A stretch of DNA of 64,000 bases from Salinispira sp. GTDB lineage: Bacteria; Spirochaetota; Spirochaetia; DSM-27196; Salinispiraceae. The stretch lies in NCBI GenBank assembly GCA_965602015.1, contig OZ271918.1:2144001-2208000 (forward strand). Reading direction: 5' to 3'. This document shows positions 60,637-64,000 of this stretch, in pieces; the stretch's first letter is position 1; every line of letters starts with the position of its first letter. Position numbers and translations under genes: made by a program. The notes beneath the pieces are model-generated. The model was given only the letters and a program-made list of their open reading frames with translations. It made no database searches and was not told the origin of the DNA.

Positions 60637-61521
60637 TTAACAGTTTGAAATTAGCGAGGCGATTATTCTGCGCATGGATTCCGGGGAGAGGGTTTCAGCC
60701 CGTGCCGTAGGTTCTATTCCCGCTGCGCGTAACGCCGAACGGTAGTCGTCAGCTGTGGGTCTGTCCGCGGCTTTTTTTATATTGTTGTGGAGGGTTTTCC
60801 GCCGAGAAGCGAAAAAAAGCCTCAGGCTGCTGTCGAGGAGCTCCATTTCTCCGGCTCGGGGAAATGGCGCGGCGGCGCTTTCTTCTGGTGCACGGGGAAG
60901 CAGTCTGACTATTCCGCTTTGTACCTCCGGCGCGGGGTAAAATGCCTGGGCCGGAATGACCCCGTGGTTTTCCGCATCCATGGCGTACTGACACAGTATG
61001 GAAAAACTTCCGTACTCCGGGTCGCCGGGCTTTGCGCATATCCGTTCAACAACTTCACGCTGGAGAGTGAAAACCATCGGCGTATTATACAACCCACCGG
61101 TTATCAGCCGGGCTATTATTGCCGACCCCACATTATAGGGCAGATTTCCCGCAATAAGCGCCGGCTGGTGATCTTGAGAAAAGAGGGTTTTTTTGGCGTC
61201 GCCTTCGACGATGGTAATTCTTTCCTCGATAAGCTCAACGGCAAATAATTCTTCAAGAGCCGAAACAAAGCCCCTGTCGATTTCGAAGACACGGACCAGG
61301 GCACCGGCGTCGACCAGTCCCCGGGTGATGGCACCCATGCCCGGACCAATTTCCCAAACCTGTTTATTCGAAATACCGGGACTGACGCCTTCAATGAGAT
61401 TGAGAATACGCTGCCGATGGGAGGGATTGATCATGAAATTCTGACCGAATTTCTTCTGCATTCCCATACTGCGCGATTCAAGAAATGCCCGAATATCCCT
61501 CACCGAATCGTAATTGAACAT
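60637..61521 (-). CDS. rsmA: 16S rRNA (adenine-1518/1519) dimethyltransferase
   Basis: KKFGQNF, EIGPGMG, EIDRG, GNLPYNV, FYPAPEV, RRKTL, RAETL. Confidence 0.97.
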   Translation of the reverse strand: MFNYDSVRDIRAFLESRSMGMQKKFGQNFMINPSHRQRILNLIEGVSPGISNKQVWEIGPGMGAITRGLVDAGALVRVFEIDRGFVSALEELFAVELIEERITIVEGDAKKTLFSQDHQPALIAGNLPYNVGSAIIARLITGGLYNTPMVFTLQREVVERICAKPGDPEYGSFSILCQYAMDAENHGVIPAQAFYPAPEVQSGIVRLLPRAPEESAAAPFPRAGEMELLDSSLRLFFASRRKTLHNNIKKAADRPTADDYRSALRAAGIEPTARAETLSPESMRRIIASLISNC

Positions 61522-63082
61522 GTCCTGAGGATAGCAGAAGGCCGGACCGTCGGCAATAAAGGATCCAGCAGATCAATCCCCCAAGACAGGTTACGGCGGT
61601 CAGCCATGAGAACAGATAGTTGGCGGCAATGCGGTCGCCCAGGAATGCAAAGGGACGGCTTATGGCCTCAAGGAATCTGATGCTGTACTCCAGGGCCCAT
61701 TCGAGAACATGATGAACAGCGGTGAGCCGGGCGAAAACGATCAGCATAAACAGCAGCGCGGCGCACAGAGCCGCGCATGCATAAAACGGAATGATGACAA
61801 TGGGAAGGGCAATAATTCCCTGAGGAGCTATTGAGCCAAAAAACACCAGGCTCAAGGGCATGACGGCAAGACTGGCGGCCGCGGAAGGAATAAATGCCCC
61901 GGCCACAGCCTTTAGCCATTTCGACGGAAGCCCGGCATTTCCCATGTAGTAATTGATCCGATGGATGAGCAGTACCAGGGGCATCCTGAGGAAAACCAGA
62001 CCCCAAATCGCTGCAAACGATAGAAATGCCCCTAGCTGACGTGCGGATTCCGGGGAGGCAAGCAATAACAGATTCCACAGCAACGCGAGCTGGTGAGATC
62101 GGTTCAGCGTCCAGCTGCTGAGCTTGATGAGGCTGTAGAGGGCAATAGCCAGGGATGCACGCAGGGCTGAAGCACCGGGAGAGACCAGGGCAATAAAAAC
62201 CCATATAAAGGAGTTTGATAGAATCTCGCGAACAGCCGGGCCAAGGAAACCCGGCAGGAATTTTTGACACATGAAATAGAGAATTCCCAAATGAAACCCG
62301 CTGAGCACAAATAGGTGCATAAGACCCGAGCGGCGATACAGCTCTGAAACCCCTGCCCCCATTGACGAACGGTCACCCAGCAGGAGGGCGTTGATATATG
62401 ACTGAGTTTTTACCCCGAGATGAGCCAGCGCCTCCCGGCTGCGCTCACGAATGGAAGCCCGCAGCTCGGCAATGAATGGTGCGGGTAGGCGAAGAATGTC
62501 CCTGTTGGCATCGTACTGTATGAGCTCCGTCTCTCCTGCTGACTCAGACCCGTACACGGGTCTTACAGTCTCAAGGGCAACAGGCAGGCTGAGAATCTGT
62601 CCCCGGTAGTACACCCCGTCCGGTAGATAAAAAACATGGCCACCGTCAAGGTCGAGGAATACTCCCCGTGAATCCTCGCAGCGGAGTAATTTTACCGTAA
62701 GAATCGTACCCCCCGACATGCCCCGGCGGGTGTCCGCAGAAACTCTGGCGAGGACCCTGACGGAATCCCGATCAAAAAGCGACGCCACGGTAGAACCGAA
62801 GTACCTGTGCCGGGAAGTTGATGATGGCTCATGGGGGATAAGCCCGGCAGGCTGCAAAAACGGACTGACCCTGATCAGGAGGACGAAGAGAGTGAGGAGT
62901 AAGAGAATCGGCATGCCGGGACGGGAGTAATTCCGGCGTCCAATGGATGATTGCTGCGTGTCGGCGGTAAAAAAAAATCGGACGGCGTGCCCGAGGATTC
63001 CCAGGATTCCCAGCAGCCCGACAAGGGCGTACAGGGGCGTCTGACTCAGTATTAAACAGCTAAAGACCGCCGCTACAAACAA
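61478..63082 (-). CDS. comEC: ComEC/Rec2 family competence membrane protein without a C-terminal metallo-beta-lactamase domain
   Basis: ALLLGDR, GLMHLFVLSGFHLG, SALRA, LGAFLSFAA; many TM segments. Start uncertain (TTG 63082). Confidence 0.88.
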   Translation of the reverse strand: MFVAAVFSCLILSQTPLYALVGLLGILGILGHAVRFFFTADTQQSSIGRRNYSRPGMPILLLLTLFVLLIRVSPFLQPAGLIPHEPSSTSRHRYFGSTVASLFDRDSVRVLARVSADTRRGMSGGTILTVKLLRCEDSRGVFLDLDGGHVFYLPDGVYYRGQILSLPVALETVRPVYGSESAGETELIQYDANRDILRLPAPFIAELRASIRERSREALAHLGVKTQSYINALLLGDRSSMGAGVSELYRRSGLMHLFVLSGFHLGILYFMCQKFLPGFLGPAVREILSNSFIWVFIALVSPGASALRASLAIALYSLIKLSSWTLNRSHQLALLWNLLLLASPESARQLGAFLSFAAIWGLVFLRMPLVLLIHRINYYMGNAGLPSKWLKAVAGAFIPSAAASLAVMPLSLVFFGSIAPQGIIALPIVIIPFYACAALCAALLFMLIVFARLTAVHHVLEWALEYSIRFLEAISRPFAFLGDRIAANYLFSWLTAVTCLGGLICWILYCRRSGLLLSSGHVQLRFGEGYSGIS

Positions 63083-63107
63083 AAAACCCTCCCGGCAGGG
63101 AGGGTTT
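63081..63107 (-). terminator. Intrinsic terminator after the HEAT-repeat gene, overlapping the comEC RBS
   Basis: AAACCCTCCC-tgcc-GGGAGGGTTT followed by TTTGTTTG. Confidence 0.75.
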
Positions 63108-63142
63108 GTAACCGTCAGGCAATATCTGCCGGGCAGCCAGTC

Positions 63143-64000
63143 TTATTGGCTGACCGCTTCGAGAGCTTCCTGCGCCGCAGCCTGTACCCCGCTCGAATAG
63201 TTCAGAATAGTAACCATAAAAAGGGGTTGATATGCTTCGACCTTGCCCAAAATTCGCAAATTATTAATTACCGCCAGGGTTATTTGACGGTCAAAGGGCC
63301 GGTCTAATTCCGTGTAGGTATTGATGAGATCGAGAAATTCCGCAAGGCGGATTGCCGCGTCTACCGAATCGGTGCGTCCCAATGCGGCGATGGCCTCGAG
63401 AACAAGGCCGATATCCGATGTGCCTCTGTCGTAGGACTGGATGGCCGCATTAAAGTGCCGGATGAGGGCAGGAGCGTATTCCTCCTGGGGATTCTCCGAG
63501 AGCACCCGAACGGCGTCCATGCGGATGCTGTCGAGAATAATCCGCTCTTCTATATTGTTCGGCCGGGTGGAAAGAACGTCGTTGAGCACGTCGAAGGAAA
63601 CCTGCTGTATGATATCGTCGAACTCATTGCGGTTAAGGTATAGGGTGAACAGTTCGCGTTTGAACACCGGCTGGTTTTCGGCGATCAGTTCGGCGAGCAT
63701 TTCGGCGCGATTCTCGTACTGACTGATACCGGCAAGAGCCGCAGCCGTAATTTCCGCCGAATACTGTGCCAGGACCGTTTCGACGAGAATGGGATAAACA
63801 ACAGGGTCGGCAAGCGCGCTGAGGGCGCGGACGGCGGCGAGAACAACCTGGAAATCCGGCCGGGTACCGGCCTGCTTGCTGATGTTTTGCCCGTCGAGCC
63901 AATCGGTCAAATCAATGGCTAATTGCTCATCCCCCTGCCCGACTGCAGCGATGGTTTCAAGTACGTCTATGCGCCAAAATGTCTCATTCACATCGGAAAA
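63143..64000 (-). CDS. HEAT/PBS-repeat protein, 3' part (open at the window edge)
   Basis: Repeats AAVRALSALAD, DAVRVLSE, EAIAALGRTDS, AVINNLRILGK; the frame stays open to 64000. Confidence 0.82.
   Translation of the reverse strand, partial: FSDVNETFWRIDVLETIAAVGQGDEQLAIDLTDWLDGQNISKQAGTRPDFQVVLAAVRALSALADPVVYPILVETVLAQYSAEITAAALAGISQYENRAEMLAELIAENQPVFKRELFTLYLNRNEFDDIIQQVSFDVLNDVLSTRPNNIEERIILDSIRMDAVRVLSENPQEEYAPALIRHFNAAIQSYDRGTSDIGLVLEAIAALGRTDSVDAAIRLAEFLDLINTYTELDRPFDRQITLAVINNLRILGKVEAYQPLFMVTILNYSSGVQAAAQEALEAVSQ

Overview
Chromosomal window from a free-living-type spirochaete (Spirochaetaceae-like; inferred from gene content and spirochaetal lipoboxes, species not determined). Left to right: the 5' end of mraZ with its 10-bp-periodic operator; a coupled nucleotidyltransferase / YgeA-type racemase / LacI-sensor histidine kinase operon; a 17.5-kb two-gene operon encoding a 2004-aa Ig-repeat protein with a C-terminal outer-membrane beta-barrel and a 3817-aa Ig-repeat lipoprotein with EF-hand loops and a propeller-like tip; a cheW-degT-like-nadK-recN-hypotheticals-methyltransferase-DUF4912-GH57 run in which three proteins appear to lack catalytic residues; an operon for a flavin/Fe-S-CCG oxidoreductase, an exported rhodanese and a DedA/TVP38 protein behind two Rex/CRP-like palindromes; a TetR/epimerase pair with three operators; an intact IS66 (15-bp TIRs, 8-bp TSD) inserted into a duplicated hairpin mosaic behind 5S; a full 16S-tRNA-Ile-23S-5S operon on the minus strand with an extra 64-bp inverted repeat around 23S; tRNA-Lys and two tRNA-Glu; and housekeeping genes (adk, upp, tyrA, pta, dapB, dapA, rsmA, comEC). 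The best candidates for an undescribed system are the barrel-anchored Ig rod plus giant Ig lipoprotein pair and the putatively Rex-controlled sulfur-reduction module. All family calls come from motif recognition by eye; no database search was run.
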